The notes: a model not told the origin generated them from the sequence alone. A DNA stretch of 41,239 nucleotides from Flavobacteriales bacterium (GCA_040377305.1 JBEIPA010000038.1:1-41239), one strand, 5' to 3'; positions 1 through 8,519 are shown, counted from the first letter of the stretch. Made by a program: numbers and translations.

Positions 1-598
1 ACGGCATATTCACCCCGTAGCGTTCCGTCATCGTTTGCTTCACCACCGGATGCGTGAGATCGTATTCTTTCATCGGTTTTGGAGTTCCGACCTGAAGTCC
101 GGTTGATTCTTTGTACGCTTTCCAAACCAGCTCGGAGCAGTAAACGAGATCTTCATTCCAACCGAAATAAAAATCGTAACCAACGCCCATTCGTTTGTCT
201 ACCGCTGCCCGCATCTTATTCGTTGTTGCTTCTGTCATGATGGAATCTGATTTCACCAGGCGACGCACCACGTAGTAATTACTGTCGCCGTGTTCAATCC
301 ATTGTTTGAACGGGGTTTTCTTAACCGGACCAACCGCTTCGTACACGTACCAGTTTCCACCGTCGTTGAAGAGCAATCCGCAATGAGTGTACTTCGAATG
401 AGTCGCATAACTCACCGCCAGACTTTGTCCGCTCTGTGAAGTCTGGAAAATGATATCTCCGTTGTGAAATGGTCGCGGTTCGTTCTTGCCTTTGTCGAAG
501 CTCATAGAATCAAACGCCGATGCAATGAACGGTCCGAGACAGAAGGCAAACATAGTTGCCAGTGAAAGGAACAGAATAATCCGATGTGACTTCTTCAT
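1..598 (-). CDS. YiiX/YebB-like permuted papain-like (NlpC/P60, peptidase C92) amidase, 3'-partial
   Basis: Not in the track because it runs off the edge. Manual translation from ATG 598 gives MKKSHRIILFLSLATMFAF...NGDIIFQTSQSGQS...SKYTHCG...YEAVGPV...YDFYF...VYCSELVWKAY. His precedes Cys, as in permuted NlpC/P60 enzymes. Confidence 0.9.
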   Translation of the reverse strand, partial: MKKSHRIILFLSLATMFAFCLGPFIASAFDSMSFDKGKNEPRPFHNGDIIFQTSQSGQSLAVSYATHSKYTHCGLLFNDGGNWYVYEAVGPVKKTPFKQWIEHGDSNYYVVRRLVKSDSIMTEATTNKMRAAVDKRMGVGYDFYFGWNEDLVYCSELVWKAYKESTGLQVGTPKPMKEYDLTHPVVKQTMTERYGVNMP

Positions 599-676
599 TC
601 CAATAAATTTAGGAAGATGGCGTTTGGAGGGAGCGGTTTGTTGTGTTAATTGAAGTTAACTCCGATATATTCGCGT

Positions 677-1711
677 ATGAGATTTCTGCCCGTACTTTTT
701 TTCTGCTCGTTTCTTTTCTCTTGTGGACCGGAAGAGCAAGCAAATAATCCCGCTAAGCCCCCAATCACCGACACCAACCTACGTCTTCCCAATATCGCAG
801 CAGGATTGGCTGTGGATACAACGCTTCCTGCTTTGCGCATTTCCGCCCGCAACACATTTTACTATTCAGACACAACTGGAGTAGAACAGAAGCAGCCTGG
901 ATTGTTGGTGGAGTTTGATGACGCTTCAATGTCCGACATTGTAAACGTGTATGCAGATTCAAGTATCGTATCGCGTGAAATCGATTCGGTGATTCAGATT
1001 TACTGCAAGGGAAAAGATCTTCGTTTGATTGGAATGAACACCGGACAGGAACTCGCCATTCCATTTCACACCTTGCATCGTTTTCCAGCTATTACCGACA
1101 CGATGTATTTTCCCGAATCAGATGCGCATTTGCTTTTCATTAATGAAGAATACGTAACTGCAAATGATCTGAGCAACGACTTTTCACGTGATGGTGACAA
1201 GTACTTCCGCTTGTTTTACAACGATGCGTTTAATCCGAATGATTCTTTCGTTGGTTTTCCCCTGCGAAAGTTGAATCAGCAAACCGTTGATATGCTTATG
1301 CTCGAAGGACAAAGCTGGGATGGAGTGAATTTCAAAGCAACGTCCGATTCAGCGCAGAAGTTAGCAACATACAATGAGTTTGTGAACAAGCTTGAGATCT
1401 TTGATAAAGTCGGAAGTTTCTGCACCATGCGTAAAGCGTTTATTTCCGTGGACGGCGATCAGTTTGTGAACTGGGGAAGATTGCTTAACGTCTTTGCAGT
1501 GCACTATTCGGTGCTACACGATTTGCGGGACGACGCCAGACAATACCTGTCCAATAAAATTGCAAATGACGGAGGTGCGCCAAAACAGTTCACTCCAGAA
1601 GATTTACGTTTGCTATACCCCGAACGTTTGATCTGGAATAACCGGATTTCCGGCGAATTTGAGCATCGGTATGACCCTTATTTCATTGGTAGTTGGTTTT
1701 GGGCCGATTAG
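677..1711 (+). CDS. hypothetical lipoprotein
   Basis: Track ORF 650-1711; likely start ATG 677 giving MRFLPVLFFCSFLFSC (lipobox-like LFSC) followed by a Pro/Asn-rich linker. No family recognised. Confidence 0.7.
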   Translation: MRFLPVLFFCSFLFSCGPEEQANNPAKPPITDTNLRLPNIAAGLAVDTTLPALRISARNTFYYSDTTGVEQKQPGLLVEFDDASMSDIVNVYADSSIVSREIDSVIQIYCKGKDLRLIGMNTGQELAIPFHTLHRFPAITDTMYFPESDAHLLFINEEYVTANDLSNDFSRDGDKYFRLFYNDAFNPNDSFVGFPLRKLNQQTVDMLMLEGQSWDGVNFKATSDSAQKLATYNEFVNKLEIFDKVGSFCTMRKAFISVDGDQFVNWGRLLNVFAVHYSVLHDLRDDARQYLSNKIANDGGAPKQFTPEDLRLLYPERLIWNNRISGEFEHRYDPYFIGSWFWAD

Positions 1712-1738
1712 ACGATCGGTCTTCAACGCATGTCCACG

Positions 1739-1746
1739 TACCTTTG
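1739..1746 (+). promoter_or_regulatory. Bacteroidota sigma-70 -7 element TACCTTTG
   Basis: Exact TAnnTTTG match 40 nt upstream of the 1787 ATG. Confidence 0.55.
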
Positions 1747-1786
1747 TATTCAGTATCTTCGCGCAGCTGAAAAATAAAAACCTCAC

Positions 1787-3652
1787 ATGAAGAAACTCTA
1801 CACTTTTAAGAAGCCATTGGCTTTGATTGCTGCAATTTGTGCTGCAGGAACAATGAACGCACAAGTCTTATTTGATAACGGTCCTTATTTCAACAGCGTT
1901 GGAACAGGATTTTCCGGCGCTAACGAAAGCGTTCTCTACACCACAACTTTCGGAATGGGTACCATTGGTTTCGGGCACCAGTCCGCTTTGTTTAACCGTG
2001 TTGCCGACGATTTCGTTAACTCGGATTGTGTGTGGCAGATCGATTCAATTGTGTTCTTTGGTTATCAAACCGGCTCTCCAGTCACTTCAACATTTACGGG
2101 TGTTAATTTCCGCATCTGGGACAGTGTTCCTGATGTAGTTGGATCTAACGTCGTGTACGGTGATACCACCACAAACCGCATGACGCGTACCGTATTCAGT
2201 GGAGCTTATCGCATTACTGAAACTACAACAGGAAACAGCACACGTCCAATAATGCGTAACGTTTGTACAACTCCAGGGTTGACATTACAGGCTGGTACAT
2301 TCTGGATTGATTGGGCATCACTTGGATCATTAGCATCTGGTCCATGGGCTCCGGCTCGTACACCAGCGAACCAGGCTGTAACCGGCAACGGACGTCAGCG
2401 TATCGGTTCTGTTTGGAACCCAGCACTTGACGGTGGTACCGGAACACCTGCACAAGGTTTCCCTTTCATCATTTACGGAACAGTTGTTCAGCCTACTGCA
2501 AGTGCAGGTTTGGATATCAATTTCTGTTCAGGTGATAGCAGCGCAATCGGCGGCTCACCATCTGGAACGGGAGGAACTGGTCTGTTGACTTATTCCTGGT
2601 CAAATGCTATTGAGTTGAACAATGCAACTGCAGCTAATCCAGTTGCATCGCCAACAGCGACAACAACTTTCGTTCTTACAGTAACGGACGCATTGTCTTG
2701 TGTCGATATGGACACAATGGTTGTAACTATTCTTCAGCCTACAACAAACACGCTGTCTCCTGTAGTTTGCAGTTCGTACTTGTCTCCGGAAGGAAACACC
2801 TACACCACGAGTGGAACTTATATGGATACGCTAGTGAATGCTGCAGGTTGCGATAGTGTGATCACGATTAACCTAACGGTGAATATGCCGACAACTTCTA
2901 CAATCAATCCAAGCGCGTGTTATTCCTATGTGTCACCCGAGGGCAACACGTATACTTCGAGTGGAACATACACAGACGTAATTCCAAACATGTCGGGTTG
3001 CGACAGTACGATCACGATTAACCTCACGATCAACGGAACAACAACAGCGTCAATTTCTCCTGTGTCATGCGATTCATTCGTATCTCCTTCAGGAATGGTG
3101 TTGACTGCTTCCGGAATGTACATGGATACAATCGCGAACATGAACGGTTGCGACAGTGTTCTTACAATCAACCTGACCATCAACACTGTAGATACGGGCG
3201 TTTCTATGTCGGGAGTTATTCTGACTGCAGACGCGGTTGCTGCAATGTATCAGTGGATCAATTGCGACAGTGGAATGACCGTAATTGCTGGTGCAACAAG
3301 TCAGTCGTATATGCCACTCGTTGACGGTAACTACGCTGTAATTGTAACTGAGAATTCTTGTACTGACACTTCGGCTTGTATCATGGTTCTCGGAACAGGA
3401 TTGGGCAATTCGGTTCTGGATAATGCTTCACTGTATCCAAACCCAACAAACGGAAATGTAAATCTCCTGTTTGGTCATGTATACAACGAAGTGAACGTCA
3501 TCATCACAGATGCTCAAGGACGTGAAGTGTACACTCAGAATGCAAACGGTGTGACACGAATGGAAATGAATCCTTCTTTGGAATCAGGAATCTACTTCGT
3601 GAACATTTACGCTGATGGAAACGTTGCTACAAAGCAATTGATTCGTCAGTAG
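1787..3652 (+). CDS. T9SS type A sorting domain-containing secreted protein (uncharacterised N-terminal domain, Ig/PKD-like module, Cys repeats)
   Basis: Signal peptide ending in AQ; C-terminal LYPNP...DAQGREV...LESGIYFVNI...KQLIRQ CTD; AGLDINFC...TYSWS Ig-like module. Confidence 0.9.
   Translation: MKKLYTFKKPLALIAAICAAGTMNAQVLFDNGPYFNSVGTGFSGANESVLYTTTFGMGTIGFGHQSALFNRVADDFVNSDCVWQIDSIVFFGYQTGSPVTSTFTGVNFRIWDSVPDVVGSNVVYGDTTTNRMTRTVFSGAYRITETTTGNSTRPIMRNVCTTPGLTLQAGTFWIDWASLGSLASGPWAPARTPANQAVTGNGRQRIGSVWNPALDGGTGTPAQGFPFIIYGTVVQPTASAGLDINFCSGDSSAIGGSPSGTGGTGLLTYSWSNAIELNNATAANPVASPTATTTFVLTVTDALSCVDMDTMVVTILQPTTNTLSPVVCSSYLSPEGNTYTTSGTYMDTLVNAAGCDSVITINLTVNMPTTSTINPSACYSYVSPEGNTYTSSGTYTDVIPNMSGCDSTITINLTINGTTTASISPVSCDSFVSPSGMVLTASGMYMDTIANMNGCDSVLTINLTINTVDTGVSMSGVILTADAVAAMYQWINCDSGMTVIAGATSQSYMPLVDGNYAVIVTENSCTDTSACIMVLGTGLGNSVLDNASLYPNPTNGNVNLLFGHVYNEVNVIITDAQGREVYTQNANGVTRMEMNPSLESGIYFVNIYADGNVATKQLIRQ
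2741..3190 (+). repeat. three tandem 150-bp (50-aa) Cys-pair repeats within the T9SS protein
   Basis: Units start at 2741, 2891 and 3041; consensus TxxxxSPxxCxSY/FxSPxGxxxTxSGxYxDxxxNxxGCDSxxTINLT. Confidence 0.9.
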
Positions 3653-3671
3653 TATAATAGATTTTTAGTGG

Positions 3672-3705
3672 AACGGGATTGTCGAAAGGCGATCCCGTTT
3701 TTTTT
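3672..3705 (+). terminator. intrinsic terminator
   Basis: AACGGGATTGTC-GAAA-GGCGATCCCGTT stem (12 bp including G-U pairs, GNRA loop) followed by a T run, just after the T9SS gene. Confidence 0.9.
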
Positions 3706-4402
3706 ATTGGAGCAGATTGATCGCCGTTACGGCATACAGTGCCGCAGTTTCTGTTCTCAATCGCGTTTCACCCAGACTCACTGCGGTGAATTGATTTCCA
3801 AGTGCCGTGTCAATTTCTGCACGTGAAAAGTCACCTTCAGGTCCAATCAGGACGAGAATGTTCTTCCCTGAAAAGGAAATCTTTGAAATCGAATTCTTTG
3901 AACCTTCATCGCAATGTGCAATGAGTTTCACATCAGCAGTCGCGGCTTTCACAAACTTATCGTATGAAACAATTTCGTTAATGACCGGTAGCCAGCTTTG
4001 TTGCGATTGTTTCATCGCAGAGATCGCTACTTTCTCGAGTCGTTCCTTTTTTACCGAAGAACGTTCAGAGTGTTCGCAATCAAGCAGCGTAATTTCATCA
4101 ATTCCAATTTCCGTTGCTTTCTCAAGAAACCATTCGAGTCGTTCGTTGTTTTTCGTTGGGGCAACAGCGATGTGCACGTGAAACTTTCTGGGTGACTCAT
4201 CGCGTGTACGTCTTACTATACGAAGCTCGCAACGTTTTGCATGATCGCTGGTTACTTCTGCAACCGCACGTGCGCCTTTCCCATCCACAATTTCTACCTC
4301 GTCTCCAATGCTGAGACGTAGAACACGAATTGCATGTTTCGATTCATCTTCGGAAAGAGAAATCAAATCGGAGGTCAGGTCGGGCTGGTAGAAGAGATGC
4401 AC
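3704..4402 (-). CDS. rsmE: 16S rRNA m3U1498 methyltransferase RsmE
   Basis: HAIRVLRL, EKATEIG, AMKQS, IGPEGDFS, LGETRLRTETA motifs. GTG 4402 (MHLFY) preferred over the track's TTG 4408. Confidence 0.97.
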   Translation of the reverse strand: MHLFYQPDLTSDLISLSEDESKHAIRVLRLSIGDEVEIVDGKGARAVAEVTSDHAKRCELRIVRRTRDESPRKFHVHIAVAPTKNNERLEWFLEKATEIGIDEITLLDCEHSERSSVKKERLEKVAISAMKQSQQSWLPVINEIVSYDKFVKAATADVKLIAHCDEGSKNSISKISFSGKNILVLIGPEGDFSRAEIDTALGNQFTAVSLGETRLRTETAALYAVTAINLLQ

Positions 4403-4405
4403 AGA

Positions 4406-4413
4406 CAAATGTA
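4406..4413 (-). promoter_or_regulatory. -7 element TACATTTG immediately upstream of rsmE
   Basis: Exact TAnnTTTG match 3 nt before the GTG start. Confidence 0.55.
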
Positions 4414-4420
4414 TATTTTT

Positions 4421-4459
4421 CTTTGCGTGCCTTTGCGGCTTGGCGTCTTTGTAGTTAAA
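4421..4459. repeat. short-unit intergenic repeat (CTTTGCGnn family ending GTTAA)
   Basis: ctttgcgtgc-ctttgcgg-cttggcgt-ctttgtagttaa; same family as 24295-24332. Confidence 0.7.
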
Positions 4460-4489
4460 AAGAAAGCTGTAGGTAGAAGTACAGACTTA

Positions 4490-5362
4490 TCATTCAAACA
4501 TCTGGTAAAGCTGGTCGAATGTTTCTATTCGCTGATCCTTGACCTTCAGAAATTGCTCGGCAAATAAACCATATACGTGACTCACCTCCATTTTATGCTT
4601 CCGCATATACTGCAACGAAATTGATCCGGCCGTTTTCGAAAGTTTATGTCCTTGCTCATCTTTCTCGAGTTTATGGTGAAGGAACTTCGAATTATGGAAG
4701 GAATCAATTTTCAGTTTTTCGGCCATATACATCTGCATTGCAGTCGACGACAACAAATCTTCTCCGCGCACGATGTAGTTGATCCGAAAGTGCACATCAT
4801 CTGCCAGTGAAGCAACCTGATAAGAAGGAAGTCCATCTCGTTTTCGCACTATAAAGCTTCCCGTTTCGCTGCCGAGATGGAAATCAACTTTTCCTTTTTC
4901 CTCATCCGTGAATGAAACAATTTCCCGATCAGCAACGGTGATTCTTAAAGCAACATCCGGCGTGTCCAAGGAAATTCTTTTGTACTGACAGGTTCCGGGA
5001 TATACATGTCCTTCGAGGCTGGCAAGTTTCTTTCGTGAACAGTCGCACGCGAAAAGTAGCTGCGCTTCCCGTAAACGATTCAGCATTTCAGTGTAAATGT
5101 CGAAGCGTTTGTGTTGCGACCAGTTCTGCTCAAAATCTTCAGGACCACTTGGACCTTCCTGCCATTCTATACCAAGCCATTCGAGGGAAGTGAAAATGTC
5201 GTTCACGTATTCCGGACGTTTTCTTTCGTCATCAATGTCATCAATGCGAAGGAGAATACTGGCGCTATGTTTTCGCGCGTGTAAAGCAGTCAATAGAAAC
5301 GAGAATGCATTACCGATGTGCAGATAACCTGACGGAGTAGGAGCTATGCGTGTGCGATACAT
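4490..5362 (-). CDS. gluQ: glutamyl-Q tRNA(Asp) synthetase-like protein (GluQ-RS)
   Basis: TRIAPTPSGYLHIGN, CDCSR...YPGTC zinc site, VRGEDL, KLSK; about 290 aa with no anticodon-binding domain. Confidence 0.85.
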   Translation of the reverse strand: MYRTRIAPTPSGYLHIGNAFSFLLTALHARKHSASILLRIDDIDDERKRPEYVNDIFTSLEWLGIEWQEGPSGPEDFEQNWSQHKRFDIYTEMLNRLREAQLLFACDCSRKKLASLEGHVYPGTCQYKRISLDTPDVALRITVADREIVSFTDEEKGKVDFHLGSETGSFIVRKRDGLPSYQVASLADDVHFRINYIVRGEDLLSSTAMQMYMAEKLKIDSFHNSKFLHHKLEKDEQGHKLSKTAGSISLQYMRKHKMEVSHVYGLFAEQFLKVKDQRIETFDQLYQMFE

Positions 5363-5366
5363 AGCT

Positions 5367-5374
5367 CAAAGGTA
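5367..5374 (-). promoter_or_regulatory. -7 element TACCTTTG immediately upstream of gluQ
   Basis: Exact TAnnTTTG match 4 nt before the ATG. Confidence 0.6.
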
Positions 5375-5388
5375 CGGAAGCAACACGA

Positions 5389-5581
5389 TACCGTCATCGC
5401 GAGGAGGCACGACGAAGCGATCCCATGAGACGGGAACGTGGTGTCACGAAACTTGAGCGATCAACAGAAGCGTGTTGCCACCAAAACGGTTGGCAGCTTT
5501 CCTCGATCAAGTGTTGGGTCACTGTGTACTTACATCATGGGATTGCTTCGCCCATGAAAAATCGGACTCGCAATGACGGTA
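5389..5581. repeat. REP-like composite inverted-repeat element (~190 bp)
   Basis: TACCGTCATCGCGAG (5389-5403) pairs with CTCGCAATGACGGTA (5567-5581), and CGAAGCGATCCCATGA (5413-5428) pairs with TCATGGGATTGCTTCG (5535-5550), one mismatch each. There are further inner pairings (CTTGA..TCAAG, TGCCA..TGGCA). Confidence 0.85.
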
Positions 5582-5593
5582 GCCGTTTTGTAC

Positions 5594-6829
5594 TTAGTAC
5601 AGATCCACTTCGTCAACGAGATCTTCTACATCCTTGTATTGCACGTTTTTCATCTCGCGCAATTCAGCTTCGCGACGAATATCTCCGTTGCCCGGATTGT
5701 TGTTGTTATCTCCCGGATCCATTGTGTTGTTCAGATCGAACACATCATACATGAGATAATTTCCTTGCGAACGTTTTGACTTCCCGAAACGAAAAGTAAT
5801 TCCCGCATTCAGAAAAATCGTCCCGTCTGGGCGTCCTTTATAAAACGGAGTGAGCGGACCTTGACTGCTCAACTGATTGAATTCGTAGGAGTAAAACCAA
5901 AAACGGTTTTGCATATCGAAACCAGAAGAGAAGAAGCAGGAGAAATTTGGACCCGGACGATAATCGAATCGGATTCCGTTTGCAACACCGAGATGCCCGA
6001 ATTGAATCACGCTATCGTTGCCTAAATAGATACTATCTCCATTGCTGAGGTTGTACAATCCACCATAAGCACGGCTGTAAATGTTGATCGACAATTTTGG
6101 TGAAGGCTGAATCACGAGTTGCGTGTGACGCGGGAACTGCATCTGGAAATAACATTTGCCGTCGAGCTTACCTACACGGAATCCCAGCATCGGGAGATAA
6201 AGTCTGTTGCCGAACATGAAGCTTTTGGTTGCTCCAACACGGAAACTGAATTTAGGTGTTACCATGAAATTTGCAACGAAGGTTGTTCCCATACGAACCC
6301 GTTTCGTCGATTGTTCGTTGTATTTGTCCCCGGTTACGAAAGGGCTTACGTCTGCAAACAGTACACAGTGCGACTTGAATGCCCAGATTCCACGTAAACC
6401 AACGCTGAATTTGTAGAGCTCGTGCTGTTTTTCCAGTCCAAGAAAAACCGGACGATCGCTCACTGCATTTAGTGTAAAGAGTAGATGAAAAGTATTCGAT
6501 TCGGTGCTGTCTTTGCCCGTAAATCGCGTGCGTGTCCAAAGTGGTGTATAAAAACTAAGGCTTCGTTGGGCGAAACTGTACTCTTCTAAACGATTATTGA
6601 GAACAGGAACGTTGCCTTTAATCGGGCGAGAGCCTGTTCTGTAAACACTAAACGACAGACATGGACGAATGTAGTTGCGAATTTCACGTTGCGTTTTCAT
6701 ACGCGTGAGTTCGCTGTTCAGTGTACGATCAAGAAGAGAATCTCGCGAAGGCGCAGAAAAGAGAAGTGCCGGAAGCAAAAGCATCCAGCAGCTCACGAGA
6801 AACTGTTTCACGATGTGCCGGTTACTCAT
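5594..6829 (-). CDS. putative outer-membrane beta-barrel protein (DUF6268-like)
   Basis: Likely start ATG 6829, 1 nt after the upstream stop. Signal peptide, alternating amphipathic strands, LYLPMLGF...QMQFP motif, last strand NAGITFRF. Confidence 0.65.
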   Translation of the reverse strand: MSNRHIVKQFLVSCWMLLLPALLFSAPSRDSLLDRTLNSELTRMKTQREIRNYIRPCLSFSVYRTGSRPIKGNVPVLNNRLEEYSFAQRSLSFYTPLWTRTRFTGKDSTESNTFHLLFTLNAVSDRPVFLGLEKQHELYKFSVGLRGIWAFKSHCVLFADVSPFVTGDKYNEQSTKRVRMGTTFVANFMVTPKFSFRVGATKSFMFGNRLYLPMLGFRVGKLDGKCYFQMQFPRHTQLVIQPSPKLSINIYSRAYGGLYNLSNGDSIYLGNDSVIQFGHLGVANGIRFDYRPGPNFSCFFSSGFDMQNRFWFYSYEFNQLSSQGPLTPFYKGRPDGTIFLNAGITFRFGKSKRSQGNYLMYDVFDLNNTMDPGDNNNNPGNGDIRREAELREMKNVQYKDVEDLVDEVDLY

Positions 6830-6830
6830 T

Positions 6831-7322
6831 TTACTTCGGATTGGGTTTGTCGCCTTTTTTACCGGAATCATCTTCCTTCAGCATTTTGAGAAGCTCCTTC
6901 TTGAACTCTTCTTCGGCAACATAAAGCAACGCAAGCTTTTTCGCAGGAAGAACCTTCTTGAGTTTCTCATGCATTTCTTTTTGCAGATCAAGATCCTGTT
7001 GACGCAACGTCATTTCTTCATCGGCAAGTTTCATAAATTCTTCCGGAGTCAGCGTTTCTGCCTGCTCGTTTATCTTCTTGCGATTTTCTGCAAGCTGAGC
7101 ACGAACAAGATCACGCTTATCCTGGTACTCGTTGTAGATCGGCCAGAACTTTTCAGCTTCTTCCGATGTGAGATTCAGTTTCTGAGTGATGAACGCCACC
7201 TTCAACGCCTTCACGCGCTCCTGTCCGGATGGTGTAGGCTTATCTCCGCCAGCAGGAGTCTGTGCCATTAGAGGCGCAGTCCACGCAAACAAGAGAAGTA
7301 ATATGGTGTAAACGTTTTTCAC
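6831..7322 (-). CDS. Spy/CpxP-like helical periplasmic protein associated with an ECF sigma factor
   Basis: Likely GTG start 7322; signal peptide ending AQ; KVAFITQKLNLTSEEAEKFWPIYNEY motif typical of Bacteroidota ECF clusters. Confidence 0.8.
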   Translation of the reverse strand: MKNVYTILLLLFAWTAPLMAQTPAGGDKPTPSGQERVKALKVAFITQKLNLTSEEAEKFWPIYNEYQDKRDLVRAQLAENRKKINEQAETLTPEEFMKLADEEMTLRQQDLDLQKEMHEKLKKVLPAKKLALLYVAEEEFKKELLKMLKEDDSGKKGDKPNPK

Positions 7323-7329
7323 TTTATTT

Positions 7330-8436
7330 CTATTTTTCTGTCGGACCAAAAACATCCAGACTTGTATTGTCATTCATCAGGTATTCCATCATCGCCGGAT
7401 CAAGCACTTCATCTGTTTCTTCAATGATGTTATTCTCCGTCATAAAGTCCATCACCAATGCCTCATCCATTAAATCACTCTGCGCAATAATTGCATCGTT
7501 CATTATGACTTGATTATCCTGATTTGGTTTAATCTCTTTAGGATTTTTAGGCAATTCACGCACAATTCCCTCCGAAACTACAGTAATGATCGAGGAAGTA
7601 TCGCTAGTTGATTTAGGAGTTTTCTTCACGAAATTGTCTGGCACAAGACCTTTGTCATTGATCTTTGCCATCAACTTGCCATCCCCGTTCTCAGTATTCC
7701 CAAAGAATGTCCACGCAAATGCAATTAACAAGGCAACCGATGCCGCAACTGCCGTAACCGCTACATACTTTTTCCACTGAGCAAGAACAATCACACGTCC
7801 CCGCTCTTCTTTCTTCTCGATTGTTCCTTCGTTTTCGAGTCGGGCAACAACTTTATCACCAAGTGAATCAAAGTATCCTTTCGGAACCTCGTCGTCATTT
7901 ATGGTATGGACATACTGACCGGATTCTAAGGATGACGAAGCAAGAACTTTTCGGGTAAGATTTTCGAAGTAACCTTCGGGCACAACCAATCCTTCATCCT
8001 GCTTCACATTATCAAGCACGATATGCGATTCGAGACTTGCACTGAACTCTTGGAAGTAATTTTCAGGAACAACAAGTCCGTCTTCCGATGGAATCGCCGT
8101 CTTCGCTTCAATGATGGAAGAAAGCTCTTCGAAGTAATTCTCAGGAACCACGAATCCTTCTGGAGTTTCATTGTCAGACTGAGCGGAGTCGAAGGCTGGC
8201 AATGAAGTTTTCGCTTCAACAATCGGTAACAATTCCTCAAAATAATTTTCCGGAACAATCAGCCCACCATCTTCAGGGATCGACGTCTTAGCTATAACAA
8301 GCTCGCTTAATTCCTCGAAGTAGAGCTCAGGCACAACAAACCCAGTCTCTGTCCCCTTCAAAGCGAAGAGGGCAGGGGCGTGCTTGCTCAAATCATCTGA
8401 GTCAGCAGGCAGGTTCATATCGTTGTCTTCAATCAT
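7330..8436 (-). CDS. putative membrane anti-sigma factor with six VPxxYF repeats
   Basis: Likely start ATG 8436. Lies directly downstream of the ECF sigma gene; acidic repeated N-terminus, one TM helix (VAVTAVAASVALLIAFAW), acidic C-terminal tail. Confidence 0.75.
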   Translation of the reverse strand: MIEDNDMNLPADSDDLSKHAPALFALKGTETGFVVPELYFEELSELVIAKTSIPEDGGLIVPENYFEELLPIVEAKTSLPAFDSAQSDNETPEGFVVPENYFEELSSIIEAKTAIPSEDGLVVPENYFQEFSASLESHIVLDNVKQDEGLVVPEGYFENLTRKVLASSSLESGQYVHTINDDEVPKGYFDSLGDKVVARLENEGTIEKKEERGRVIVLAQWKKYVAVTAVAASVALLIAFAWTFFGNTENGDGKLMAKINDKGLVPDNFVKKTPKSTSDTSSIITVVSEGIVRELPKNPKEIKPNQDNQVIMNDAIIAQSDLMDEALVMDFMTENNIIEETDEVLDPAMMEYLMNDNTSLDVFGPTEK

Positions 8437-8449
8437 CTTGTTTCTCAAT

Positions 8450-8519
8450 ATTCCGTGATTTCGAATTCCGTGATTCCGTTCGTTGTTGTCGGAATTACGA
8501 AATCTCGAAATCACGGAAT
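8450..8519. repeat. short-unit inverted repeat overlapping the sigma stop codon
   Basis: ATTCCGTGATTTCGAATTCCGTGATTCCG (8450-8478) pairs with CGGAATTACGAAATCTCGAAATCACGGAAT (8490-8519). Confidence 0.85.

Noticed and set aside
4490-5362. Truncated gltX pseudogene
   Set aside because: Intact ORF with the length and CxC...YxxxC zinc motif expected of GluQ-RS, which naturally lacks the anticodon-binding domain.
5425-5779. ORFs 5425-5754 and 5573-5779
   Set aside because: They span the REP-like element and the antisense strand of the OMP gene, with no protein-like features.
8437-8514. N-terminal RNHGIRNHGI extension of the anti-sigma factor
   Set aside because: It is a translation of the intergenic inverted repeat; ATG 8436 is the more plausible start.
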